Source: Endomicrobiales bacterium (GTDB lineage: Bacteria; Elusimicrobiota; Endomicrobiia; Endomicrobiales; JALOBY01). Taken from it: a stretch of DNA of 64,000 nt. The DNA lies in NCBI GenBank assembly GCA_963796955.1, contig CAWCNJ010000008.1, positions 416,001 to 480,000 on the forward strand. Direction: 5' to 3'. Position 1 is the stretch's first letter. Each line of letters opens with the position of its first letter. Under the pieces are notes generated by a model. It worked only from the letters and a program-made list of their open reading frames with translations. It had not been told where the DNA came from and ran no database searches. Of this stretch, positions 21,442 to 31,971 are shown in pieces. Made by a program: the position numbers and the translations under genes.

Positions 21442-22170
21442 ATGAAGAAAGTTATACTTGAGGCTATCATTTCGGCGTTTTCGTTAACTGCTTTCGTCTT
21501 AGGGCTGCTTAGAAGTTTACAAGCACTGTCTACGCTTAAAATTCCGACTTATCCAATCACATATTTTATAATTCTATTTTTAGTATTGCTTATATCTTGG
21601 CTAGTGTACTATTTCAAGAAATTGCACACAGTAAATCTTCCTTTAAGAAGCATCAAACTACCGTCAACTAATAATGAAAATTCAAATACCAATACTATCG
21701 AAATCGTAAACATGTGGAATTCGTTATTATTGAGGTTGATTGACCAAATGATAAAAACAAAAACATGGATAGACAGTGGCAATACACCTGCAAAGGTAAT
21801 TGAAATCCGAAACCAAAATTCAGAACTAGTCTTTGTGGTTCAGCAGGGCAGCTTGAATGGCATGCAATCAGATTTGGAATGCAGTTTTTATATCGAAGAA
21901 GAGCGATTATGCCATGAGATGGCCTCACTCACTATTTTCAATGTTCAGGATTCAATTTCCTCTGCTAGGGTTGCCGAAATTAAAGATGAGCAATCAATTA
22001 ATGCTATAAAACAACAAATAATATCGTCAGGAATACCATTCATGAATAGTGGGATGTTTATCAAACCCATTCTTTCTAGGGATATCAATGATTATACAAC
22101 AACTGAACTTGAGAGAATTAAGAAACTAATGTTGTACTTTTACTTACGTTATAATAAGCTGGTAAACTAA
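21442..22170 (+). CDS. Hypothetical 2-TM membrane protein with a C-terminal beta domain (FlgT_C-like)
   Basis: Two N-terminal hydrophobic helices, AT-rich; KVIEI...VVQQGSLNGM...LTIFNVQDSISSARV pattern. Confidence 0.6.
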   Translation: MKKVILEAIISAFSLTAFVLGLLRSLQALSTLKIPTYPITYFIILFLVLLISWLVYYFKKLHTVNLPLRSIKLPSTNNENSNTNTIEIVNMWNSLLLRLIDQMIKTKTWIDSGNTPAKVIEIRNQNSELVFVVQQGSLNGMQSDLECSFYIEEERLCHEMASLTIFNVQDSISSARVAEIKDEQSINAIKQQIISSGIPFMNSGMFIKPILSRDINDYTTTELERIKKLMLYFYLRYNKLVN

Positions 22171-22180
22171 AGGAGGATTT

Positions 22181-22576
22181 ATGCCAAAAATTGAAGGAAA
22201 AATAATTCGTATTCTAAGTAATCAACGGGTCATCATAGATGTTGGGATCGAGCAAGGGGTCAAAAGTGGGATGATATTTAAAATTGCCAGCGAAGCTGAA
22301 ATGATCAAGGATCCTGTTACAGGAAAAGATATTGAGAAACTCGAAATAATTAAAGGTGAAGTGATCGCGCAACATGTTCAAAATAAATTCACCATTTGTG
22401 AAACTCCACTGATAAATGACTACGCTGTTACTTTAGCTGCTTTATTTGGATATTCGAGTTCAACCAAACGCGCTTCGTTAATCGTAGACCAAAAAGAGAT
22501 CACGCCATTGTCTGACTCTGCTGTTGTCAAAGTCGGAGATATTGTAATTTGCCAGGTTGCCGATGTAATAAAATAA
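22181..22576 (+). CDS. Hypothetical FlgT C-terminal-like beta-barrel protein
   Basis: AGGAGG SD; VIIDVGIEQGVKSGMIF...IKDPVTG...VKVGDIV; no signal peptide. Confidence 0.65.
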   Translation: MPKIEGKIIRILSNQRVIIDVGIEQGVKSGMIFKIASEAEMIKDPVTGKDIEKLEIIKGEVIAQHVQNKFTICETPLINDYAVTLAALFGYSSSTKRASLIVDQKEITPLSDSAVVKVGDIVICQVADVIK

Positions 22577-22587
22577 TATTTAATAAA

Positions 22588-23790
22588 ATGAAAAATACCT
22601 GGCAATCAAAAAATCTTGGTGACGTTTGCGATGTTATAGGTGGTGGTACTCCATCAAAGGCGGTGGATAGTTTTTTCGGTGGGCACATTCCGTGGGCTAC
22701 TGTTCGGGATATGAGAAGCGATATTATTGAAGATACAGAATGTAAGATTACGGATAAGGCTGTAAAAAGTAGCTCAACAAATATTATTCCCAAAGGGAAT
22801 GTGGTTATTGCAACCCGGGTGGGGCTTGGCAAGGTGTGTTTGTTAAAGCATGACACCGCGATCAACCAGGATTTGCGCGGAATTCTACCAAAAAACGCGA
22901 AAGAACTTTCAGTAGCCTACTTGTTTCGGTGGTTACACAGCATTGCCCATGTTATTGTTGCCGAAGGAACTGGCGCAACTGTACAGGGTGTAAAACTTCC
23001 ATTTATAAAAGCCCTGAAAATCCCGCTGCCGCCGCTTGCCGAGCAAAAGCGCATCGTAAAGATTTTGGATAAAGCCTTTGCTTCGATTGTGAAAGCAAAG
23101 GCGAACGCCGAAAAGAACCTGGCCAATTCCCTCGAGCTGTTTGAATCGTATTTACAGGATGTCTTCGGAATGTCGACCCTTGGATGGAAAGAAAGGGCTA
23201 TTGAGGAAATTGCCATGGTCATTAATGGCTATAGTTTCACGAGCCACGACTTTTCGTCAAAAAATCATGTCAAATCAATTAAAATTACTAATGTAGGAGT
23301 CAATCAATTTGTTGAAGATCCTGAGAATCTTTTGCCGAAGGGCTTTGCTGACAAACATATGGAATATAAAGTCAAAAAGGGTGATATAGTATTGGCATTG
23401 ACCAGAACACTTATCTCGTCAGGTTTAAAAGTGGCCATAGTGCCTGAAAGTTATGATGGCGCTTTGCTGAATCAGCGAGTTGCCGCGATAATAGTCAATG
23501 AAGATGTTGTCAATAAGAAATATCTGTACTCATTTTTAGGCGGCAATTTCACAAAAAAATATGTTTTGTCGCATGTGAATACCTTAATGCAGCCAAATCT
23601 GTCAATTATTGATTTGAAAAGATTACCTGTTCCTGTTCCTTCAATTAAGCAACAACACCAAATAGTCGCAAAACTGGACGCGCTTTCGGGTGAGACTAAG
23701 AGGCTGGAAGAGATTTACCGGAAAAAGATAGCGAACCTGTATGAGCTGAAGAAGGCCCTGCTCCAAAAGGCTTTTAAGGGGGAGTTGTAA
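22588..23790 (+). CDS. hsdS: Type I R-M specificity subunit
   Basis: Two TRDs (GGGTP...AINQD; NGYSF...LLNQRV) with PLPPLAEQKRIV and PVPSIKQQHQIV; ends LQKAFKGEL. Confidence 0.93.
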   Translation: MKNTWQSKNLGDVCDVIGGGTPSKAVDSFFGGHIPWATVRDMRSDIIEDTECKITDKAVKSSSTNIIPKGNVVIATRVGLGKVCLLKHDTAINQDLRGILPKNAKELSVAYLFRWLHSIAHVIVAEGTGATVQGVKLPFIKALKIPLPPLAEQKRIVKILDKAFASIVKAKANAEKNLANSLELFESYLQDVFGMSTLGWKERAIEEIAMVINGYSFTSHDFSSKNHVKSIKITNVGVNQFVEDPENLLPKGFADKHMEYKVKKGDIVLALTRTLISSGLKVAIVPESYDGALLNQRVAAIIVNEDVVNKKYLYSFLGGNFTKKYVLSHVNTLMQPNLSIIDLKRLPVPVPSIKQQHQIVAKLDALSGETKRLEEIYRKKIANLYELKKALLQKAFKGEL

Positions 23791-23793
23791 CCA

Positions 23794-24822
23794 ATGAAGA
23801 TAAATCAACAGCCGGCCAAACAAAATAGTTTCACGGAGTTCATCCTTTACACCACGCCAAACGGCAAGGTGAAGGTTGAGATATTCCTTAAGGACGAAAA
23901 CATTTGGCTTACCCAGAAAAGAATGGCTGATCTTTTTGGCGTCGGTGTTCCTGCCATTAATAAACACCTCACAAATATCTTTAAAACGGGTGAACTACTG
24001 GAAGATTCAGTTATTTCCAAAATGGAAATAACTGCTAATGACGGGAAATCATACTCAAACTTATTTTATAACCTTGATGCGATTATTTCCGTGGGCTATC
24101 GTGTCAATTCTCGACAAGCTACTTTATTCCGAATTTGGGCTACAGAACGGCTAAAAGAGTATATCATCAAGGGTTTTACCATGGATGATGAACGACTTAA
24201 GAACCCCAACAATATTTTCGGTAAAGACTATTTCGAAGAACAGCTTGCCCGTATTCGTGACATTCGCAGTAGCGAACGTAGGTTTTATCAGAAGATTACA
24301 GATATTTATGCGCAATGCAGCGCAGACTACAGTCCTGATGAAAAGATTACCAAACAGTTTTTCGCTACGGTGCAAAACAAACTGCATTGGGCAATTAGCG
24401 GCCAGACTGCTGCGGAAATCATTCACGCCAGAGTTGATAGTGGAAAGCCCAATATGGGGTTAACCAGTTGGAAGAATGCGCCCAAAGGCGCTATTAGCAA
24501 AACAGATGTGAGCATTGCGAAGAACTATTTAAATGAAAAAGAGCTTAACGGTCTAAATAGAATTGTTTCTATGTACCTTGACTATGCCGAAATGCAGGCA
24601 TCCCGAGGCAAAGTGATGTACATGAAAGATTGGGTAATCAAGCTTGATGCATTTCTACGTTTTAATGAAAGAGAAGTACTGCTGGATAGTGGAAAGGTTA
24701 ACCACAATGTTGCTGTGGCTTTAGCAGAGAATGAGTACGAAAAGTATAGGATTATTCAATCGAACACCTTAGAATCAGATTTTGACAGAGTTGTTAAACA
24801 GATTGAAAAGGGCAAGAAATGA
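23794..24822 (+). CDS. rhuM: RhuM family protein
   Basis: WLTQKRMADLF, YNLDAIISVGYRVNS, IRDIRSSERRFYQK. Confidence 0.9.
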   Translation: MKINQQPAKQNSFTEFILYTTPNGKVKVEIFLKDENIWLTQKRMADLFGVGVPAINKHLTNIFKTGELLEDSVISKMEITANDGKSYSNLFYNLDAIISVGYRVNSRQATLFRIWATERLKEYIIKGFTMDDERLKNPNNIFGKDYFEEQLARIRDIRSSERRFYQKITDIYAQCSADYSPDEKITKQFFATVQNKLHWAISGQTAAEIIHARVDSGKPNMGLTSWKNAPKGAISKTDVSIAKNYLNEKELNGLNRIVSMYLDYAEMQASRGKVMYMKDWVIKLDAFLRFNEREVLLDSGKVNHNVAVALAENEYEKYRIIQSNTLESDFDRVVKQIEKGKK

Positions 24823-27119
24823 ACGAAGCGGATACCCGGGCGGAACTAATTGAACCTCAGCTGAAGGCGAGCGGGTGGGGCATTGTTGAGGGTTCAAAAA
24901 TATTGCGGGAATATTATATTACTGCCGGAAAAATTCAGGCCGGCGGGGGGCGGATGGAGAAACTCAAGGCTGATTATGTGCTTTCCTATAAAGGCCGTAA
25001 GCTTGCCGCCGTTGAAGCCAAAAGCGATGAAGAGGAAGTAGGCGAAGGCGTGGCGCAGGCAAAGAACTACGCGCAAAAGCTGTGCCTGAATACCGCCATA
25101 GCCTGCAACGGGAAGGTTATCTATCAAATAAACGTGACCACTGGCCGGGAAGGTGCCGTCGCCGCTTTTCCATCGCCTGTCGAATTGTGGAATACAGCTT
25201 TTGAGAAACAGAATATGTGGCTGGATAAATTTAATACCGTGCCGTTTGAGGATATCGGCGGAACAAAAGAATTGCGCTTTTATCAGGAGATTGCCGTTAA
25301 TAAGACCATGGCGGCTATAGCGGAAGGCAAACAGCGCGTTCTGCTAACCCTTGCCACCGGTACGGGAAAAACGTTTATCGCATTTCAGATAGCATGGAAG
25401 CTGTTTCAAACCCGCTGGAATCTGAGCCGCGACGGCGCACGCAGGCCGCGCGTGTTGTTTTTGGCGGACAGGAACATATTAGCCAACCAGGCCTTTAACG
25501 ATTTTTCAGCCTTTCCCGAAGACGCGTTGGTGCGTATAAGCCCCGAAGAGATAAACAGGCGCGGCGGTGTACCCACCAACGGCAGCGTATTCTTTACCAT
25601 CTTTCAGACCTTTATGAGCGGACCGGAGAACACACCTTATTTCGGTGAATACCCCAAAGATTATTTTGATTTTATCGTTATAGACGAATGCCATCGCGGT
25701 GGGGCCAATGATGAAGGCAGCTGGCGGGCTATCCTGGAATATTTCTCGCCTGCGGTGCAGTTGGGCTTAACGGCTACGCCGAAACGTGAAAACAACGTGG
25801 ATACGTACCGGTATTTCGGCGAGCCGGTATATGTGTATTCGCTTAAAGAAGGCATTAACGACGGCTTCTTAACCCCGTTCAAAGTAAAGCGCATTAAAAC
25901 TACTCTGGACGATTATGTCTATACCTCAGATGACAGCGTTTTGGAAGGCGAGATAGAGCAGGGGAAAGTATATACCGAAACCGATTTTAACAGGATAATT
26001 GAGATAAAGGAACGCGAGGCCAAAAGAGTTAAGGTGTTTTTATCGGAAATTAACCAGAAAGAAAAATCTATAGTATTTTGCGCCACGCAGGACCATGCGC
26101 TGGCTGTGCGGGAGCTGGTAAACCAGTATAAAGAGAGCAAGGATCCTTTTTATTGCGTGCGCGTTACGGCCAACGACGGCGCCATGGGCGACCAGTATTT
26201 AAGCGATTTCAAGGATAACGAAAAAAGTATACCTACCATACTTACCACCTCACGCAAACTTTCAACCGGCGTGGATGCCCGCAACATCCGCAACATAATA
26301 CTGATGAGGCCGATTAACAACATCATCGAATTCAAGCAGATAATCGGACGCGGCACACGGCTGTTTGACGGCAAGGATTATTTTACCATTTACGACTTTG
26401 TGGACGCCTACCGGCATTTCCTCGACCCTGAGTGGGACGGCGAACCGCTGGATGCGCCCGATGACGTTGAGCCAAAAGAACCAAAAAAACTTTCCGAGGT
26501 AAAGGAACCGAAACCGGTAAGCGATCCTACCGGGCCGGTGCAGAAGATTAAAGTTAAGCTTGCGGATGGAAAAGAACGCGAGATACAGCACATGGTTTCA
26601 ACCTCTTTCTGGGGCGCTGACGGCAAGCCGGTTTCCGCTGAAGAGTTTATGCGTAATTTGTACGGTGCCCTGCCGGAATTCTTCAAAAATGAAAAAGAGT
26701 TGCGGCGGCTATGGTCTGATCCGGTGACACGCAAGGCGCTTTTGGATAAACTATCTTCTGCCGGCTATGACATGGATGTGCTGGCCAGCCTGCAAAAGCT
26801 GATCGACGCCGAAAAGAGCGACCTGTTTGACGTGCTTGAGTATATCTCCTTTGCAGTAAGCCCGATTACCAGGGAAAAACGCGTCGCGATAGCACAGGAA
26901 AAAATATTTGAGGGCCTTGATAACACGCAGAAAGAGTTTCTGGATTTTGTACTGGACAAGTATGTTGAAGACGGCGTAGAAGAATTGGGCCAGGAAAACC
27001 TACCCGACCTGCTTACGCTTAAATATCGCGCGCTTGAAGATGCCACCGCTATCCTTGGCGGAGTTCAGAATATCCGTTCAACGTTTATGGGGTTTCAAAA
27101 GTATTTGTATGAGCGCTAA
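24819..27119 (+). CDS. hsdR: Type I restriction endonuclease R subunit (EcoEI-like)
   Basis: ADYVL...VEAK nuclease motif, ATGTGKT, DECHR, TATP, QIIGRGTR. Confidence 0.93.
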   Translation: MNEADTRAELIEPQLKASGWGIVEGSKILREYYITAGKIQAGGGRMEKLKADYVLSYKGRKLAAVEAKSDEEEVGEGVAQAKNYAQKLCLNTAIACNGKVIYQINVTTGREGAVAAFPSPVELWNTAFEKQNMWLDKFNTVPFEDIGGTKELRFYQEIAVNKTMAAIAEGKQRVLLTLATGTGKTFIAFQIAWKLFQTRWNLSRDGARRPRVLFLADRNILANQAFNDFSAFPEDALVRISPEEINRRGGVPTNGSVFFTIFQTFMSGPENTPYFGEYPKDYFDFIVIDECHRGGANDEGSWRAILEYFSPAVQLGLTATPKRENNVDTYRYFGEPVYVYSLKEGINDGFLTPFKVKRIKTTLDDYVYTSDDSVLEGEIEQGKVYTETDFNRIIEIKEREAKRVKVFLSEINQKEKSIVFCATQDHALAVRELVNQYKESKDPFYCVRVTANDGAMGDQYLSDFKDNEKSIPTILTTSRKLSTGVDARNIRNIILMRPINNIIEFKQIIGRGTRLFDGKDYFTIYDFVDAYRHFLDPEWDGEPLDAPDDVEPKEPKKLSEVKEPKPVSDPTGPVQKIKVKLADGKEREIQHMVSTSFWGADGKPVSAEEFMRNLYGALPEFFKNEKELRRLWSDPVTRKALLDKLSSAGYDMDVLASLQKLIDAEKSDLFDVLEYISFAVSPITREKRVAIAQEKIFEGLDNTQKEFLDFVLDKYVEDGVEELGQENLPDLLTLKYRALEDATAILGGVQNIRSTFMGFQKYLYER

Positions 27120-27211
27120 TGTCGTTCCGTAAGTATGGGAAGTTGTATATTTAAACACCGAAAGTTTTTTCTTGACAGCAGGGAACAAAAATTATATAAA
27201 TGCGTACTTAA

Positions 27212-28666
27212 ATGAACAAACAAAATAAAGCGCCCCTTTTTGACACCCTGCTGGCACATGCCAAACGAAATGTGACATCCTTCCACACGCCCGGCCATAA
27301 GAATGGCCGCGGCATAGACGCGAAACTCAAAACATTCACCGGGCCGAACCTCTACAAATTCGATGTCACCGTTTTTCCGGAAGTTGATTCCCTGCACGAT
27401 CCGACGGGACCTATCAAAAAAGCACAAGACCTGATGGCGGACCTGTACGGCGTACAGCATTCGTTCTTTCTGGTGAACGGCTCCAGCTCCGGTAATACCG
27501 CTATGTTCCTTGCCGCCTGTAAACCGGGCGATTCCGTTATCGTTTCCCGCAACGCGCACAAATCAATCTTGTCCGGTCTTATAATGTCGGGCGTATGGCC
27601 TATCTGGATACAGCCGAAGATAGACCAGAACCTGGACCTGATATTTGATTCTTCGCCAGAACAGGTGTTGGCGACCCTTAACAAATTTCCGGAAGCCAAA
27701 GCGGTTTTCATAACCAGCCCCACGTACTCCGGCATCGCGACCGATCTTAAAAAGATCGCCGAGATCTGCCACGAACGCGGAAAGATACTGCTGGTAGACG
27801 AAGCCCATGGGCCCCATCTGAAATTCCATCCCGACCTGCCGATGTCAGCCGTCGAAGCGGGCGCAGATATGTGCGTGCAGTCTACCCACAAGATCCTCTC
27901 GGCGCTGTCACAGGGTTCGGTCCTGCACTTTAACTCCAAACTGGTGGACATCAGCAGGGTCAAACGGGTCGTCTCCATGCTGCAGACGACCAGCCCCAAT
28001 TACCTGATACTGGCGAGTATGGATCTGGCGCGCCAGCAGGCTTATTTACATGGTGAAGAGATGCTCGGCGAAGTCATCAAAGCCGCCGAATGGGGCCGGG
28101 CCCAGATGTCGAAACTGAAAGGCTTCCGCCCCCTGTCCCGCTCGGACATTCAGGCCCATGGCTATGACCTGGACCTCACAAAGCTCACCATCAACGTTAC
28201 CCGCTCAGGCTTCGATGGATACCACATTGAAAATATCCTTGCAAAAGAGTATAATATCCAGATCGATTGCGCCGACATATTCAATTTGATCGCCATTATG
28301 GGGATCGGTTCGAACAAGGCGGACGTTCAGGCGCTGGTCGCGGCCCTGACCGATATCGAGAAGAAATATAAGGGCACGCAGCAGAACTGGTACCTACAGA
28401 TACCGTCGCTTTCGACCGAGATGGTCATGATACCGAGGGATGTATTCCTCTTATCAAAGACCAAACGCGTTCCGTTAAAAAAAGCCGCCGGACACATCGC
28501 GGCACAGGCGCTTACACCGTACCCCCCGGGCATACCGGTACTTATCCCAGGGGAGCGCATAACACAGGAGATCTGCGATTACCTGCTTGATATTTCCGGA
28601 AAAGATATCCGGGTCAGCGGACAGGAGACAGAAGAGCTTCGTACCATCAAAGTCGTAGCGAGCTAA
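27212..28666 (+). CDS. Class I Orn/Lys/Arg decarboxylase (probably arginine decarboxylase)
   Basis: FHTPGHK, VNGSS, DEAHG, QSTHK, PYPPGIP; TTGACA-17-TATAAA promoter upstream. Confidence 0.88.
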   Translation: MNKQNKAPLFDTLLAHAKRNVTSFHTPGHKNGRGIDAKLKTFTGPNLYKFDVTVFPEVDSLHDPTGPIKKAQDLMADLYGVQHSFFLVNGSSSGNTAMFLAACKPGDSVIVSRNAHKSILSGLIMSGVWPIWIQPKIDQNLDLIFDSSPEQVLATLNKFPEAKAVFITSPTYSGIATDLKKIAEICHERGKILLVDEAHGPHLKFHPDLPMSAVEAGADMCVQSTHKILSALSQGSVLHFNSKLVDISRVKRVVSMLQTTSPNYLILASMDLARQQAYLHGEEMLGEVIKAAEWGRAQMSKLKGFRPLSRSDIQAHGYDLDLTKLTINVTRSGFDGYHIENILAKEYNIQIDCADIFNLIAIMGIGSNKADVQALVAALTDIEKKYKGTQQNWYLQIPSLSTEMVMIPRDVFLLSKTKRVPLKKAAGHIAAQALTPYPPGIPVLIPGERITQEICDYLLDISGKDIRVSGQETEELRTIKVVAS

Positions 28667-28702
28667 AATGCACCTTCACACTAACATAACGCGGGAGTTA
28701 CC

Positions 28703-29047
28703 ATGAACAAAAAAGACATGAGCAAATTCAAAAAGACCCTTGAAGACAAACGTAATGACCTTGTAGAGGTCGTTAAAACAAAAAAAGAACGCGATCTTAT
28801 AGATAACGAGATAGGCGATGAAATAGACAGCGCCGCCCAAAATTCCGAAAAAGAGATGATGTTCGAACTTACCGACAATGAAAAAGTGATGCTTGACGCC
28901 ATAGAAGCAGCCCTGCGCCGCATTGAAAAAGGCACGTTCGGCACCTGCGAATCATGCGGCGGCAAAATAACCGAACAGCGTATTAACGCTCTTCCCTGGG
29001 TGCGCTACTGCATCAGCTGCCAATCAAAGGCCGAAAAACCCCGCTAA
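28703..29047 (+). CDS. dksA: DksA/TraR C4-type zinc finger protein
   Basis: GDEIDSA acidic tip; CESCG...CISC. Confidence 0.8.
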   Translation: MNKKDMSKFKKTLEDKRNDLVEVVKTKKERDLIDNEIGDEIDSAAQNSEKEMMFELTDNEKVMLDAIEAALRRIEKGTFGTCESCGGKITEQRINALPWVRYCISCQSKAEKPR

Positions 29048-29087
29048 ACCCGGTTTGACAGTCTACGCTTAAAAGCACTACTGCAGC

Positions 29088-29117
29088 AAATAAGGCCCTG
29101 CCACACGGCCTTATTTT
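29088..29117 (+). terminator. Intrinsic terminator
   Basis: AAATAAGGCC-loop-GGCCTTATTTT. Confidence 0.7.
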
Positions 29118-29130
29118 AATTTAATTTATT

Positions 29131-30480
29131 ATGAAAACACTCAACACTCGATTCGACGTCATGGTGATCGGCGGAGGGCCGGCGGGGTATTCCGCTGCCA
29201 TTCGTGCCGCCCAGAAAGGCGCAAACGCCGCCCTGATAGAAGCCGACGCGATCGGCGGAACCTGCCTTAACCGCGGCTGCATACCCACCAAATTCCTCTG
29301 GGAAGCACTGCATCTGAAAAAAAAGATATCCAGCAGAGCCTCAGGTTACGGGATAATCGCGACGGCTAACCCCATTAACTTCACTGACGCAAAGAAGAAA
29401 AAAGACAAAACCGTTTCACAACTGGTAAAAGGCGTAGAGGGTCTTTGTGCGAGCCACGGTGTTACGGTTATCAGCGGCGGCGCCAGGTTCGTTGACGAAC
29501 AAACAATTGAGGTTGCCGGAACAACGTACACCGCCTCAAAGTTCATAATCGCCGCCGGTTCAAGCCCCAGAGCGTTGCCGGGCGTTACGATAGACCATAT
29601 CTCGGTCCTTGATTCCACGGATGTGCTGGCCCTTGAAACCCTTCCGTCTTCAATACTCATAGTAGGTGGGGGCGCGATCGGCATAGAGCTCGCAGGGATC
29701 ATGGCCGGTTTCGGCTGTACGGTAAAACTTATTGAAAAAGAGAACCAGCTGCTGCCGAATGCCGACCGGACCGCTGCCGATGAATGTAAAAAGATCCTGG
29801 AGCGGGCCGGTGTCACGGTAGCGCTGGGCGTTAACTCAATAGATGAACACAAAGCCGGCTATGAAAAAATATTGATCGCGGCGGGCCGCCAGCCGAATGT
29901 GGAAACGCTGGATCTCTCCGCTGCAGGAATAGGCCACACCGCCAGAGGAATAACCGTTAACGCATACCTTGAAACGAACGTAGCTGGCATTTACGCCGCC
30001 GGTGATGTTACCGGGAAAAATTATTTTGCGTACACAGCTCAGAACGAAGGTGTTATCGCAGCGGAAAACGCCCTCGGCTCGAAACGGTCCGCGGCGCAGA
30101 CCTTTGTGCCCTGGGCAGTATTTACAGACCCGCCGATCGCCTCTGTGGGCCTTCGCACTCAGGATATTCAGGCCGGAATGAAAGAGGGCTTCTTCCCTAT
30201 AGCTGCCAACAGCAAAGCCAGTATCGAAGGTGAACGCACCGGCTGGGTGAAGGTTATAAGCTCCTCAGACGATACAATACTCGGCGGCGTGATAGCAGGC
30301 CCCGGCGCGCCGGAGCTTATTACCATTCTATCGCTTGCTGTTGAGAAGAAAATGAATATACAAGATCTTGTCAGAACTCATTTCTTCCACCCATCCATAG
30401 CCGAATCCATCTTTTGCGCGCTGGAAGACACCGTATCTGAATGTGTTGAATTACCCGGAAAAACCAAGAAAAATTTATAA
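29131..30480 (+). CDS. lpdA: Dihydrolipoyl dehydrogenase (glycine cleavage L protein)
   Basis: GGGPAG, GGTCLNRGCIPTK, HPSIAE; adjacent to gcvT. Confidence 0.88.
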   Translation: MKTLNTRFDVMVIGGGPAGYSAAIRAAQKGANAALIEADAIGGTCLNRGCIPTKFLWEALHLKKKISSRASGYGIIATANPINFTDAKKKKDKTVSQLVKGVEGLCASHGVTVISGGARFVDEQTIEVAGTTYTASKFIIAAGSSPRALPGVTIDHISVLDSTDVLALETLPSSILIVGGGAIGIELAGIMAGFGCTVKLIEKENQLLPNADRTAADECKKILERAGVTVALGVNSIDEHKAGYEKILIAAGRQPNVETLDLSAAGIGHTARGITVNAYLETNVAGIYAAGDVTGKNYFAYTAQNEGVIAAENALGSKRSAAQTFVPWAVFTDPPIASVGLRTQDIQAGMKEGFFPIAANSKASIEGERTGWVKVISSSDDTILGGVIAGPGAPELITILSLAVEKKMNIQDLVRTHFFHPSIAESIFCALEDTVSECVELPGKTKKNL

Positions 30481-30501
30481 TATAAAAAAAAGGACCAGAC
30501 C

Positions 30502-31590
30502 ATGACCATGCGCACGCCATTGTACGAAGAACATGTTAAACTGAAGGCGCGTTTTACCGAGTTCGGGGGATGGGAAATGCCGGTGATGTATTCCACGATC
30601 ATGTCCGAGCACAACGCGGTCCGCACAAAATGCGGCATGTTCGACGCATCGCATATGGGAGAATTCGTTGTGTCCGGCACGGGCTGCAAAGCATTCCTTG
30701 ACCTTATGGTGGTCGGCAACATGTCGACCCTGCTGCCCGGGCAGGCCCGCTATACCCTGCTGCTAAACGATAAAGGCGGCATCATCGACGACCTGATCGT
30801 TTACCGGCGTGAAAACGACTTCTTTCTGGTCGTGAATGCCGGCAATATAGACAAGGATCTTGCCTGGCTGATTCAGCATAAGCCGGCAGACGTTACCATT
30901 GACAACATCAGCAGCAGCCTGTGCCTGCTGGCTTTGCAGGGCCCGAATTCCCAGGGAATACTGCAGCACCTGATCAAAGACCGTCTCGACAAACTTAACT
31001 ACTTCAACTTTTTTAAACCTACTTTCACGAACCTTAAACCCGCGTTTTGCCTGCTGGCCCGCACCGGCTATACCGGGGAGGACGGTTTTGAAATCTTCAT
31101 TTCAAACGCCGAAGCCACAGCCCTGTGGCAAACACTGCTGGCGGCCGGTGTAAAACCCTGCGGCCTTGGCGCCAGGGACACGCTGCGGCTGGAAGCCTGC
31201 ATGCCGCTGCACGGCCATGAAATAGATGACGACATCACACCTCTTGAATCTTCATTAGGCTGGACGCTGTTCTGGGACAAACGGTTCATCGGGCGGGAGG
31301 CGCTCTGGCACCAGAAGATACACGGCGTCGGCACATACCTGACCGCTCTTTCCGTAGAATCTGGCGTTCCCCGTCAGGGTTATGATATAATCATGCAGGG
31401 CAAGATCATAGGCACCGTTACCAGCGGTACTTTTTCACCGACGCTTAAGAAAGGCATCGCGCTGGGCCATACGAACGTTAAGCTGACGCCAGGAACGGCC
31501 GTGCAGGTGATGATAAACGACAATTTAAAAGATGCCGCTGTAGTTACGCGCCCTTTTTATAAAAGAGCGCCAATAAGGGAGGCTGTATGA
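30502..31590 (+). CDS. gcvT: Glycine cleavage aminomethyltransferase T
   Basis: FGGWEMPV, FDASHMGE, RTGYTGEDGFE, LGARDTLRLEA. Confidence 0.96.
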   Translation: MTMRTPLYEEHVKLKARFTEFGGWEMPVMYSTIMSEHNAVRTKCGMFDASHMGEFVVSGTGCKAFLDLMVVGNMSTLLPGQARYTLLLNDKGGIIDDLIVYRRENDFFLVVNAGNIDKDLAWLIQHKPADVTIDNISSSLCLLALQGPNSQGILQHLIKDRLDKLNYFNFFKPTFTNLKPAFCLLARTGYTGEDGFEIFISNAEATALWQTLLAAGVKPCGLGARDTLRLEACMPLHGHEIDDDITPLESSLGWTLFWDKRFIGREALWHQKIHGVGTYLTALSVESGVPRQGYDIIMQGKIIGTVTSGTFSPTLKKGIALGHTNVKLTPGTAVQVMINDNLKDAAVVTRPFYKRAPIREAV

Positions 31591-31967
31591 ATATTCCTCA
31601 AGATCTTAAGTATGCGCCCACGCACGAGTGGGCAAAGGCTGAGGGCACAAAAGTAAGGGTCGGCATTACTGACCACGCCCAGCATGAGATAACCGACGTT
31701 GTGCATGTGGAGCTTCCCGCGGTTGGGAAAAAAGTAACCAAAGGCCAGCCCTGCGCCGTGGTAGAATCCGTAAAAGCGGCCTTCGATATATACGCCCCGG
31801 TCAGCGGCACTGTCACGGAGATCAACATAAACCTGGAAAACAAACCGGAACTGGTGAACGAGGCCAGCTACACCGACGGTTTCTTTTTTGTGATCGAAGC
31901 CGCTGATAACGCAGAACTCGACACATTGTTATCGCCGGCTGATTACGCAAAAACACTACAGGCATAG
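31587..31967 (+). CDS. gcvH: Glycine cleavage H protein
   Basis: HEW, GITDHAQ, VESVKAA lipoyl motif. Confidence 0.96.
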   Translation: MNIPQDLKYAPTHEWAKAEGTKVRVGITDHAQHEITDVVHVELPAVGKKVTKGQPCAVVESVKAAFDIYAPVSGTVTEININLENKPELVNEASYTDGFFFVIEAADNAELDTLLSPADYAKTLQA

Positions 31968-31971
31968 AACT

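Noticed and set aside
29048..30501. Glycine riboswitch ahead of lpd/gcvT
   Set aside because: The intergenic gaps are short and show only a terminator; no aptamer motifs
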